A stretch of 64,000 bases of DNA, from contig NW_024704742.1 of assembly GCF_018977255.1 (NCBI RefSeq), forward strand, positions 76,076,001 to 76,140,000. The letters run 5' to 3'. Made by a program: the position numbers and the translations under genes. Below, piece by piece: positions 26,642 through 39,610 of the stretch; positions within the stretch are counted from its first letter, which is position 1, and each line of letters starts with the position of its first letter. This DNA comes from Callorhinchus milii. Its lineage: Eukaryota. Under the pieces are notes generated by a model, which was not told the DNA's origin, searched no databases, and saw only the letters and a list, made by a program, of their open reading frames with translations.

Positions 26642-29600
26642 CCTTGCATTTGATATAGCGCTTTTCACGTCAGGAGGACGTCCCAAAGCGCTTCACAGAA
26701 CACACTGTAAAGTGAATTGACTGTATATTTGTGGGCGAACGCGGCAGCCAATTGCGCACAGCAATGTCCCACAAACAGTCGTAGATTGAAAATGACCAAG
26801 TTATTATTGTTTTTGGTTTTGGAGGGATTATTATTAGGCTCTGTGTGGAGTAAGGAAACTTGCCCAAGGTTTCGCCCTGCCTGGAATTGAACTCAGGTCT
26901 CTCACTTGCAAAGCGAGTGCTCTAACCACTGAGCTACAGGACTCCACGATAAAGTGGATGATCCATTTTTTCCAGGGACGGATGACCAGGACAAGAGGAG
27001 AAACTCCCTTCTCTTTTTGAATAGTGGCATGGAATCTTTAATGTCCACTTGAAAAGGCAGAGTGTGGCCAGGTTTAACATCTCATCCAAAGGATGAGATC
27101 TCCTCATGACATCTCATCTAACTTCAATAAATCGGCATTCTACCAACACTGCTACTGGAGTGCCAGCCACGACTAGGAGCTTAGCAAGCCAAAAAGGAAT
27201 GTGCAACATTGCAAAAAATATAGATATGTCATAATTCTGATGCTATAAATATGTGCGTACAAAATATGTACATTTTGCCCAATTGCATATACCACCAGAA
27301 CAATGAGCACTGAGATCTGGGATTAGTTTTCTGCTGGTTCCTGTACTGGGAATATGGTGTTTCAGAGCATTCTTTGTCTCCTTAATAAAGTGAAAGAGCA
27401 AAACTGGCTACATCCAGAGATCTCTTTGAACCAAACCAAGCTGAGATTTCCCTGCATCCCACCTGCACATGGAAATCCCAGAGATAGATTGTTGGAATGG
27501 AATGCGCACTCTCTCCCTGGAGGGAAGCAACTGAATTACTTAATCCCAGAAAGTATTAGGTGCAGGCTGGCAAGATCAAAGGCTTGAGGACCCTAGAGTG
27601 TGCGTTGGGGTACTGCTGGAGTCTAACCAACTAAAACTGCATAGCTTGCCATTATGAACACTGTCTGGGAAGCTTTCCTGCTGCTTGTCCAGCTAGAACT
27701 GCCCTACCCGTTAGGACTTTGGCTTGCTTTGGCCTGTAATACTGCGGACTCGTCTGGCTCAGGAATTGGACTACCGAGACTGCTACGGAGGGCTGGCTCG
27801 ATACGACATTCTATTGCCAAACATGCCACCTTGGAGCGAGTTTACCTCCCCCCGAGGAGGATAGTCACTAGATGATTGTCCGACATCTGACAAGCGAGGG
27901 TTTGAGCCCTCAATGGGTGGATGCTAGGTTACGTATAAGGATGGAAAGTAGCACTTACTCTTTGAACATTACTGATCAGAGACCACATCCTGAGAAGAAC
28001 TGTTGGTTTTTCTAATACCTTTCACATTATTTCCACACACAGGAATTTTTATGGCTTTTTCCAGACCCTGACAACCATTTGCTAGTTATTCTGTTTTCCG
28101 ACAAACTGTAGTGCCGCTCTCAACCAGGAAAAATCCTGGTTTTCTCAGCTTTGCAGAACAATGTGTATTTTCTTTTCAAGGCGAGGATAGCAGACGCATT
28201 GAAGTGATTTGGAACGAAAGAATAACTCACATTTTTATACCATCTTGGAATGTCAAAACATCTCCAAGCACTTCACAAACTAATAGATGTCACAAGTGTG
28301 GCATCTGCTTTTGTTGGCAAACCCAACAGCCATTTGTGCCAGCCAAATCTCACAAACAGTCCTGAGGTGAAAAATCCATTAAGCTGGGGATTGTTTTACA
28401 ATCTGCCACACAAATCTATATTTCCCACCAAGTTCCAAACAACTGCAATTAGCAAAGGGTAATCAATGACTGGAACAGGTTGCCACGAAAAGTGAAAGAC
28501 TCATATAAAAAGCCTTGCTCTCCGTGGTAAGCTATGTAATTTTAACTGGTTAGACTCCAGCAGTACCCCAACACACACTCCGGGGTCCTCAAACCCCCAA
28601 TCTGTGCCTAATACTTCATAATTAGGTAAAAAGGATGAGGCGCTCTGGGAAGAGAGGGTGCATTCCATTCCAAACACAGGAATTTCCATTGGTGGGATGC
28701 ATGGAATCTCAATCTGGTTTGGATACTCAAGCATGGTGATGGTTTTCCGCATTTGTCAGACAACCGGTTTTCCAAACACAACGGAAAGTTTCTTGAGGGA
28801 GACAGTGCACATTGCATTCCAGACACGAGCAAAATATAATGTGAATGTGGAACTCTCAGCCTGACTTGGATCCACTTATGTATGGCGATGAGTTTCCACT
28901 CAGCTGACCAAAACAAAATCTGATTTTGTATCTCTTTTTTTGGCAGCAGTGATTCTTTGGTTAATCAAAACACAAAATACTGCAAATGCTGGAAATCTGA
29001 AAACCAAAACAGAAGTCGCTGGGAACACTCAGCAGGTCAGGCAGCATCTATGGAGAAAGGAAAGTGAGTCAATGTTTCTGGTCTACAACCTTTTGTCAGA
29101 GTTCTGACCCAATTCTTTCAAAGGCTCGTGGACCCAAAACGTTGACTCGCTTTCCTTTCTCCATAGATGCTGACGGATCTGCTGAGTGTTCCCACCGACT
29201 TCTGTTTTTGTTTTCATTCTTTGGTTAATGTTGCCTGTAGAGCGTAAGGGTTGCACCTTCTTAAGAAATTTAGCCCTAAAGTCCATTGATATACTCTTAA
29301 TAATAGCTAAAAAGTGAGAATGTTTCGACAATTAGACTGAATAAAATAAACTGTTGATCAGACTACCATCTATGTACTTCAACCAGTTGAACAGGACGTA
29401 TTTATCTTGTTGTGCCCTCTTGTGGCGAAACTCCTGCATAACTGCTGTATAAAAACTTTCCCTGAGTTTACATTACTTTTGTCGAAATTTCCAATGTATC
29501 TTGTGCCTGTTATTTGTTAGATAACAACTGGTGAAGTTTTGCAGTGGGCAGAGACCACATGGACAGAGCACTTTATTTGTTTCCTTGATTCAAACTTTCA

Positions 29601-31320
29601 CCCTTAGAATAAAAAGGGGATTAAAGAGCAATACGAAATTGTAGAAATATGCAGAAAATAGCAAAATATAACAATAATCTTTATATTTGATACCTCACCG
29701 CTCACGTTGAGAGGATGTCTCAAATTGCTTCATAGGATTTACTTGAGTGCAGTTACTGTGTGTTTTGTACGTGAAAACAGCAGCCAATTTGCGCAAAGTC
29801 CCACAAACAGCTGATGAATTAAGTGAACAATTTTATCTGAGTAAACCACAAAATACTGCAGATGCTGGAATCTGAAACAAAAACAGAGAGAGCTGGGAAA
29901 ACTGAGCAAGTCAGGTAGCATCTATGGAGAAAGGAAAGTGAGTCAACATTTCGGGTCCACGACCCTTCGTCAGAAACGTTGACTCACTTTCCTTTCTCCA
30001 TAGATGCTGCCTGACCTGCTGAGTTTTCCCAGGACGTTGGGAGAAGCTCTTTCGTTTTTTGGAATAGTGATGTGGAATCTTTAAAGTCCACCTGAACAGA
30101 CAGACTAGACCTTGTTTTAACATCTCATCCAAAAGATCTCACCCCCAACAATGCAGCAATCTCCCGAGCACTGCATTGGAGTGGCAATCTAGACGATGTG
30201 ATTTCAAAGTCCCGACATGGGGCATGAACCCCAAACCTTCTGACCTAGAGACAAGGGTGCTACGGAGTGAGCCAGGCTGACACACATCTTGAAATAGAAT
30301 CAAATGTAGTAACACTATTTCAGGGCTCAGATTAAAGAAGCTCTTGTTGTATCTGTTTATTCCAAACTTCATATATTTATTTTTTCGAACAAATAAGCAT
30401 TCATCCTTGTGTCTAAATCTATAGAAATGATAGAAATGTATAGGTTAAACTGATCCATCAAACACGACAATACAGTGAGCGACTGCTTGCTTTCATGAAT
30501 CCCCACAGTGGCCACAATCTTTATTTAAAATAGGTTATCGGGGGGAGGGAAGGGAACAAGTGGGGAGGGATGAGGAGAGGTCTAAGTGGTGATTCTCCAC
30601 TGTTCCAGAAATTTCCCAAGTTTATAGTGAGGAAATTCCATTGACTGACCAGCAGAAAATCAACAGCTTATCCACCAAGTTTGGTGATTAATCACCACGA
30701 AGGTGCCAGAGAGGAAACTCATGTTCTTTAATGCTCCTCACAGGACCAGGCCTCAAGTTATTTATTTATTTGGGCCAGCCAGGCATCTAACACACATGAA
30801 AACCCCTCACTATGCTAAACAAAATGACCGAGTTCCACATATGCATGGTCATTTCCCTTTGTCTAGAATGGGGTGCGCACTCCCTCTCCAGAGGAAAACA
30901 CGCTGCTCATCCAGTCCTGGAAAATATTTGTTGTAGGTTGGCAAGAGGCATGGCTTGAAGACCCCAGAGTGTGTAATGGAGTACCAGTTTAACCAGTTTA
31001 AACACTGTTGTTTTCTTTTTCACTTTCTTTTTTTACACACCCTTATGGCTTTGACTTGATTAATAGGAACCAAGGATTAATAGGAACCAAGGCTGAAGAA
31101 TCCTAATCCTCATCCTGCTGATAAGCCAGACTGGAGCACTGCAGACCTGCTCGGCTCAAGAACTGGATGAAAGAAATCATCACAGAGGATTGTCTCGATT
31201 CTGATATTCCATTGCGAGGCATGTCACCTTGGAGCCAGCTCAACCCCAAAGGGACCACTATGAATATTATATGCACAAATTTGCTTCTGTATTCACCTAT
31301 AAAAACAAAGGGGTCATATT

Positions 31321-31439
31321 AAATGCACAGATCGTACATGTCAGATGTTTAATAACTAACTAATTACTATCCTCATCTCTAAGGAGGGTAGTAATTAATT
31401 GGTTATATTAGACATCTGACATGTACAATCTGTGCATTT
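31321..31439. repeat. Imperfect palindrome with ~55-bp arms and 9-nt spacer
   Basis: aaatgcacagatcgtacatgtcagatgt...ctatcctc / gagggtag...acatctgacatgtacaatctgtgcattt. Confidence 0.9.
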
Positions 31440-31504
31440 GTTATAACAGCCTTGTAACGTCCGTTTTTTGTAGGTAAATAAAAAACAGATGTTACAACGG
31501 TGTT

Positions 31505-33155
31505 ACAAGGGGTCCTCAAATTCTGACTGTGAGGAGATGCTGGATTTCTTTGAGTCATCCATTCAACTCCTCCGCCCTCACAACCGCCACCACCTCCCGA
31601 TCTCCCCACCACACTCCGATCCCTACCCATCCCTCCCTCCACATTTTCAAACCTGTCTCTCCCTCCTCTCTCATCACCACCATATCCAGCATGAAACACA
31701 CCACCTGCTCCCTTGACCCCATCCCCACCCCTCTCCTTACCTCCCAGCTCTACCTCCTCATCCTTCAACGCTCCGAAACCATCAATCTCTCCCTTTCATC
31801 TGGCACTGATCCCATCCCCCTAAAAACAGCTATCAACCCCATCCTCAAAAAACCTTCCCTGAACCCATCCCTGCCTCCTAACTGCCGGCCCATCTCCAAC
31901 CTCCCTTTTCTTTCGAAGGTCCTTGAAAGAGTCACTCATTCCTCTCCTACCACTTCCTTCACAAGTCCCTCCAATCGGGCTTCTGTGCTGTGAGCAGCAT
32001 GGAAACTGCTCTGGTCAAGGTGACAAACAATATTTTGTCCATCTGTGAACAGGGCTCCCTCTGCCTCCTCATCCTCCTCAACCTCTCTGCTGTCTTCGAT
32101 ACTCTGGACTATTCCAGCCTCCTCCACCGCCTCTCCTCTCACTTCAACCTTCAAGGTTCTGTCCTTGAATAGTTCATGTCTTACTTCTCACACCGTCTCC
32201 AATTCGTCTCTGCCAACGGTTTCTCTTCCAGCCCCTGCACAGTCTTGTGCGGTCTTCTTCAGAGCTCTGTCCTGGGTCCCCTCCTCTTCAACCTCTACAT
32301 GCTCCCCCTTGGGACATCATCCACAAATATGGGGTCAACTTCCACATATATGCGGCTGACACCCAACTCTTTTCTCTCTGTCTCCACCCTCGATTCCTGG
32401 ACAACTGATATTCTGACAGACTATATGTCCTGGATGAGAGTCAACTTTCTGCAGCTGAATGTCAGCAAGACTGAGACCCTCCTGATTGGCTCGTGCCAGC
32501 ACCTCCGCACCTCAGGCACATCAGCATGCACCGTGGCACACTCCACTTCACCAAGCCAGTCAGGAACCTAAGCGTCTTGTTCAACCCTCAACTGTCCTTT
32601 CTCCCCCATATCCATGCCATGACCCTCTCTGCTTTCCCCCACCTCTGCAACGTTGCCCGACTCCGCCACTGCCTCACCCCTCACACTGCTGAAACCCTCA
32701 TACACGCATTCATCACCTCAAGGATATGGAAATTCCCTCCTTGTCGACCTCCCCAACTGTTCCCTCCACAAGCTGCAGATCATCTAGAACTCTGCACCTC
32801 GTGTACTCTCCCGCACCAGGCTCCGTGACCCCATCACCCCTAGCTTCGCCCGGCTCTACTGGCTCCCCATCCCTCAGAGGATAAAATTCAAAATGCTTGT
32901 GCTCATTTTCAAGGCCCTCCACGGCCTTGCATCCTCCTACCTCTCTGACCTGCTGACCCCCTATCAACCTGACCACTCCCTCCTTTCAGCAGGCTCCAGC
33001 CTGCTCCATGTCTCCTGACCAACCTGTCCTACCATCAGCAGCTGGGCTTTCAGCCATTCTGCCCCCACTCTTTGCCCCCACTGAACTCCATCCCTCAATC
33101 CCTTCACCATACTCCCTCTCTTGCCTCTTGCTTTACAAATGTCATTTTGTTGTTG
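31505..33155 (+). mobile_element. L2 LINE fragment, decayed RT
   Basis: [59 protein letters not shown], with stops and frameshifts. Confidence 0.9.
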
Positions 33156-34729
33156 TTTGTTGTAAATGCAGAAGCTAATTTGTGCATAGTAACATTCCAC
33201 AACCAGGCATGAAATTAATTTACAATTAGCTAGAGAATTATTGGCAAGAAGACCAGGAGAAACTTCCTTCTCTTTTTGAATAACAACATCCATCATCTAC
33301 AGATGCGACTTTGGTTTAATATCTCATCTGAAGGACACCTTCAGCTCCTCATTGGACTGTTATCTTAGACTATATGATTTCCATATATTCCACTTGAATA
33401 TGAGTTCCAAGTCCTGACATGGAGCTTGAACCCACATCCTTCTGACCCAGAAGTGGGAATGCCACTAACTGAGCCAGGCTGCCATAATTAACTCCAAATT
33501 AACATTAACATAACATAACTAACTACAAACGAACATTAACAAAACATGATCAACATAATTAACTCCAAAGTATGAATGAATATTGAAAAGTTATACCACC
33601 TGAATAGGCAGATGGGACCTTGGTTTAACATGTTATCCAAAGGACAGCACCTCTGACACACTTCACTCCAACTGCAGTGGATTGCCAAAGTATTAATATG
33701 GAGCTTTAACCCACAACCGTCTGACCTAGTGCTTATCAGCTGAGCCAAGCTGATACAAAATGTTTTGTTATTCTATATTAGGAACAGATCCCATCTGTTT
33801 TGCTCTGAACAATGAACTCGATTTCACATTTTTGAAGCACGATTCAGTCAAATAGCTAAAGATTTTCACTACCTCGGTGATCAACAATAAAATCATCTCA
33901 GCCTGGGGACTGGGACAGCTGTGATAATCAACACAGTTTGACCTAAATCCCCACTTAGTGAAGGTTGAATATGGCCAGAGAATTACTGGATGGGTGCTGA
34001 AAATAGACTGTCTGTCTGAGAGCGGGCGGGGACTGACTTTTATTTTGAATTCCACATGGTGAAAGCCAACACAGGTTGGCAGATGGGATTATTCAGTTTA
34101 TTATATCTTTCTGCCATCCGGAGATGAGCAATTAAAAGACCATATTAGAGGAGGGGAAAACACTCGAATAAGAATGTCTTATTAATTTGCATGGCTGCTA
34201 ATCTTTCTAAAGTTAACTTTAGTTTTCCTCTGCTCTCTTAAAGAAATACCTATGGCGTTGAGTAATAAGTTAACCTTTTACCGAGTGTGTTTGGGCATTG
34301 TCCGGGTTGTGTGATGCTGCCCAATGTTTGATACAATTGAAGATGGTCAAAGTGGCACTTCAAATCTGTGGAATATTAATTAGCTCTCGGGGCAGCATGA
34401 TATTGTCCTGGATTTACTTCAAGTGGCAGAGTGCAGCATATGGTTAGATTCATAAGCTGGGAATCAACTTAACAGATAAGGCGGCGATTTAAAGGCACCT
34501 TGTTTCAATGAGTATTGCTGGGTTCCACTATGCACAGAACATTAAGAGCGGTACTAGTGTATCTGTACACAGTTTCAAACTATGCTTGTTTAAAAGCGGG
34601 ATCCTAACTACAGGAGGAGTAGTCATGGCCTGGAATCGCTCACACCATTTTTGTCTCACACCTGCCTTTAGTGACCAGTTCCTACCACTCCACAGAGAAA
34701 GTGAAATCTATCCATACTTTGCATTCTGT

Positions 34730-35125
34730 AGCTCAGTCTGCACTCACTGAACCAGACTGAATTCTGACCCATCACTCAACATCCAGCCTGTACTCACTGA
34801 CTCATAAAACAATTTACATCCAGTCGACACTCACTGAGTGAGACTACAGTCTGACACCTGTCAATCAACATACAGCTCTGGACTCACTGAGCGAGACTGT
34901 ATTCTGACCTGTCACTCAACATCCAATCTGCACTCACTGAGCCAGTCTGCAGTCTGACAACAACAGCAAATTACATTTATATGGCGCCTTTCACGTCGGG
35001 AGGATGTCTGAAGGAGCTGGCACCTGTCAATCAACATCCAGTCTGAACTCACTGAGCCAGACAACAGTCTGACCTGTCAATCAACAACAGTTTTGTGCTT
35101 GTTTAGTCAGGCTGCAGTCTGACCG
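34730..35125. repeat. Degenerate ~48-bp tandem repeat, about 7 units, interrupted by an L2-tail fragment
   Basis: Recurring cactcactgagccagact..agtctgacctgtcaatcaacatccagtctg. Confidence 0.85.
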
Positions 35126-36854
35126 TCAATGGCACCCACTGAGTGGCACTGCTGCACTCAGGCCCTGGAGGTGTTGACGTATGTTAGGATATGCTTCAAT
35201 GGGCATCAATCAGCTTCCTAGTATGTCACCCAAGTGGCTATTCTTCATGAATAAGACAAGATGCTGAGTATCAGCAAATTATTGAACCATATGGGGCACC
35301 ACAACTGAGCCCGAACCTGTTCTCACATAACATTCCCCACACTTTGCAACAGGAGGCTGTGATCAGTGCAGGAAGTCAGGCTACCGAGCCCTGGAAATAC
35401 TGAGGCCAATTGCAGGCCAGTGCCTCCCCTGTGCACTCGAGTACATTATAGCATTTCAAAACTTGGCAAGTTCCTCTTTAATTTGATTGAATTTAGGCCA
35501 ACTCATCGCGTGGTTAACTTGCTACAGGTCGTTATTCGCAGTCACACTCTGTCAACAAACCTCTGACTGAACCTGAGCTGTTTTCCCCCCTGTAGTGACA
35601 CTACGTCTGCAAAGATTTCTCTTAAAGCCTATCACTAACTTAGACAAACATCCAGCATTTGTCCCATGTGCACACATAGGGCAGTACAGTTCAAGAAGGA
35701 ATGTATTTCTGTTTGTTAAACCTTAACTTTGCTTTCCGCCTGAAATCCTGTTCACAATTCATGAGATCATTAAGCAATCACATGAGTGCCCTTCATTCAT
35801 TGCCACATTATGGGAATCAATCCGGCATTTCTGTGCCATCAGGAATGAGAGCACGAAATCCAGAGAAAAATGCTGGACACAAACATTGTGAGGAACAGAT
35901 TGAAGGCATGATGAAAAGTATATAAGCTATAGCCTGAAACTGAAATGACAGCATTATGAAATGACAGCAAATTTGTAATATTATGAATTCTATCCTCCTT
36001 GGGGTATATCTATGTGTAGTTTCTTTGGGACTAAACTTCTCCAAGGTGACGTGCTTGGTGGCAGAATGTCGGAATCAAGTCAATCTTCTGTTGTTTTCTC
36101 AGTAGTCTTGCATGCTATAAATTGGCCACCGCTGGCTTAGTGGGAAAAGGCACCACTTGATGCTGTCCTACACCATACAGTGTGGAAAGTTGTAGGTTCA
36201 CATCCTGATCTCCTCTAAGTTAGATAATTTAAATTAAAATATACTTAGGTCTATAACAAGTCTGTTAAAGAATCAGTCAGGGTTTCCAGGCCTGATTGCT
36301 TACTAGAGATTCATTCCAGAAGGTATATCTGCAACAACTTGTATTTATATAGCACTCTTCACGTGGGCTGGCATCTCAGAGCGCTTGTCTAGAGATTTAT
36401 TCTAGAAGCTGGATATCAGATTAGATCCAGTTTGACTGTCCCCCAAATAACAGCCACGTGGGTGAGATAGCAGAGGGTGACTGAAGTTCATGAAACCGTA
36501 CCCCAGTAGAAGCAAAGAGTGAATGAAAGTCTTAAAGAGAGGTTGTGGGGAGGAGAGAACCAAACAGGAATGAAACAGGTCACTTCCCCTCCAATTCTTA
36601 CAGACTCGTATCTTTCTCCCTGCCCTTGCATCTGATGCCCACCTCTGTCCATTGTTTGACCACCAGTGAAGCACTCCTTCAAATAAATACCGAGTGGATA
36701 GTGACCAAGTACAATGCAGACCTGTCATTCTGAATTAAAAGCTAAATGTTCCTTACAGACCAAGAAGGGGAACAAGTGACATGCAAATAATAATGAGAAA
36801 TCAGTCAAGAGTTTGTTTTTCCATTGTTTGTTTCTCTCTACTTCGGCCTCTAGT

Positions 36855-36985
36855 CTACCCCCCCCCACCATCCCCCAACACCTCTCTAGTTTTCCCCTAT
36901 CCCTCCCCCTCTCCCTTCTGCCCTTCCTCCATTTCTCCTCCCTCTCCCTTCCCCCAACCGCTCTTCTCTCCTTCTCTATCACATC
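36855..36985. repeat. C/T-rich low-complexity polypyrimidine tract
   Basis: Directly visible (ccctccccctctcccttct...). Confidence 0.8.
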
Positions 36986-39319
36986 AGTGAATCACACTAG
37001 TATTTACTACAGTAAGTAAAATAAATTCACTGATGGTAATAGAGGGAAAGTAATCACCACTGCAGTGGGAAACATATTGAGGTACTAGAAGCTGAGGGAA
37101 TCAGTTGTGACTCTTGAGAAACAGCAGGTGAGAATATGGTATTTAGCAATAGGCCAGTTTATTGTACAGTAATCCACTTGTATCTGACGTTTCACCCGCA
37201 AAATACAAAGTGACACCACTAGCCATTATATCCTGTGAGGCACTTTGAGACATCTTAATGATAAAGTGCTATATCAAGTGCAAGGATTATTATAATTATT
37301 TTCCAGCTCCTACAGACTTGCACGTCCAGTGCTGTATCTTTAAAAGACAAATAGCAACACTGACTTGTACCCCATCTGGATGTCCCCTGTGATGCCTCTC
37401 TCTTATGTCATCAGCCAAGTTTCACTCTGTTCCAGCAGTCAGGCTCACTGACTGAGTTACAGCAGCAAAAGTCAATCTGTTTATATTTATACCCTACACA
37501 TATATAGTCAAAATTCCAGAATTCCAATAATACATTCCACTCCTTATTTCAGGAACATTTGCTAAAATGTGTTTTGAAACATTTCCCTGGATTTCAGAAT
37601 AATGGTAGTGCCCACAACCAGTTGAAACTGCTTGGAGCCTCCTCTTGTAAGGTGGGTTAATCCCTTATCCTATCAGGCGGCATTGAGTCAACATGGTCTA
37701 AAGTCCTAACCTGTGATATCAGGGCAGTCAGGGTCAGTCACCACTCTCTTTTAGGCCTTCTGCACCAACGCATTGAATAGCAGGATATCACTATTAAAAG
37801 TGGGGAGGGATGGGGGGTTCACAACAAATAGATTTAATGCGCTTGAAAGGCATTCCTTACATAGGGAATGGGATACATTTAAGAATAATGCAATTTTGAC
37901 CCCATTTGTGTGTGATTGAGTAGAGGGTATGGATATATCTGACCCCAGTGTACTTGTGTAGAGAATATGAATATGACCCTGGTAGTTAATGTAGAAGGTG
38001 TCTCAAGTATCACAATCTCCAACCGTACATTGACATATTTTATTGGTTGTTCTTTTTTAGTTTGTGAATAAATTCAGAAATTGATTATGAAAATTACATT
38101 GTGTTCACAGAGTGAAGCCTACTCACAGAAGGAATGTTAATGTTATGAATCACAGGCTTTATGGCTTTTGCATTACACTAGATGTCAGCAATATTTAGAA
38201 AGGAAATATGGCTATTGTACACATCTAATCAAAAACTGACAAGAGGGGATGGTCTAGCCATGTTAATAAACTAACCACTACATTTGAGAATTTAATTATA
38301 TTTCCCAACTACAATCAGGTTACATAAGAACATAAGAAGATGGGAGCAGGAGGAGGGCATTCCCACGAAGCCTGTTCCCTGTTCACAAGATTTATCAGAT
38401 CTGGCAGATCTTTTAATCTCAATGCTTTGCACTTTTGCCATCCCCCTTAATACAACTGGTACTGTACCCAAGCATCTCTTCCTTAAACATCCCTATTGAT
38501 TCCTTCTCTATTACTTTCTGGGTTAGAGAATTCCACGTCTTCACAACGCCCTCTGTGGAGAAATACTTCCTGACCTCAGTCCTAACCACCTTAGTCCTGA
38601 TTTTAGGGCTACGCCCCCAAGTGATGGATTCCTCTGCCAGAAGGAAGGGTCACCCACTAACCAACCTACCAATTCTTTTCATTCTGTCATTCTGTTAAAT
38701 ACATCAGTTAAATGTTTATAAGATATTGGCGGTGAGAATCAGATATTCGGAAAAGGAGTCACAAGTCAAGATTCTAAGTTGCAAATAGCAATCCCTGGCA
38801 GCAAGCAGAGGTGTGTCACACCTAACTATAGGACCTCAGCTGCAACACACTCTGGGTGTAGATTTTGTCAGAATGGAGCTCCCGTGAATTCCTTCGAGTA
38901 CCAGCTGGAATTGGTATTTGCAGTTCCTGTTATGAAAACAGTGTTTAAACCCCCACAGCCAGATAATTCCACAGATCCATTTTATATATTATTCCTTCAT
39001 TTAATTGTTTTCTATTTTATTTTCTAATGTTCTCCCTCATTAGCAAATGTGGAGATTTAGTGTCCTCTTGGCCAACTGGGCATTGTTCATGTTTAAACCT
39101 TGGATTCATGTTTTGATAGGTCACCCGACTGTCAAACCGGTCACAGCCGAGCCAGACCACTCCCATCCATCTGCCACACAGGCACCCAACCAGTAGAGAA
39201 GGACCGATCAGCACCCTGGCCATTTTTTCCCTCTCTAAGCCTGGATAGGCCAGAGCCAATTTAGCCTCCCATGCAATCCTGCTGAGACCAGCAAACTCAG
39301 CATCGAATGGAATTCTAGT

Positions 39320-39610
39320 GAACTCATGTGCCCTCTACACGCCGCCTTTACTCAGCTAGCACGGGTCTGCTGCACATCCCTCAGCCCCTCCACTCTTGGC
39401 GGTTGTGCTTTCAGCCACTTTGCCTGAATCTCTGCCTCAATCTCTCCGTCTTGCTCCCTCTCTGCTCGTCTTCAAATCACACCTGAATAATTTCCTCTTT
39501 GATTATGCCTTCAGTCACCTCCCCTCCCTTTCCAGCTCAGCATTGTGCCACATTGCTGTTAAGTGCTCCAAGACACTACCTCCACAACGGGCGCTATATA
39601 AGTACAAGTA
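39320..39610 (+). mobile_element. Short L2 3' fragment (similar pieces at ~45480-45830 -, ~46245-46510 +, ~60170-60520 +)
   Basis: Similar to the 3' end of the 4665-6165 element (gctttcagccact, gcgctatata tail). Confidence 0.75.
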
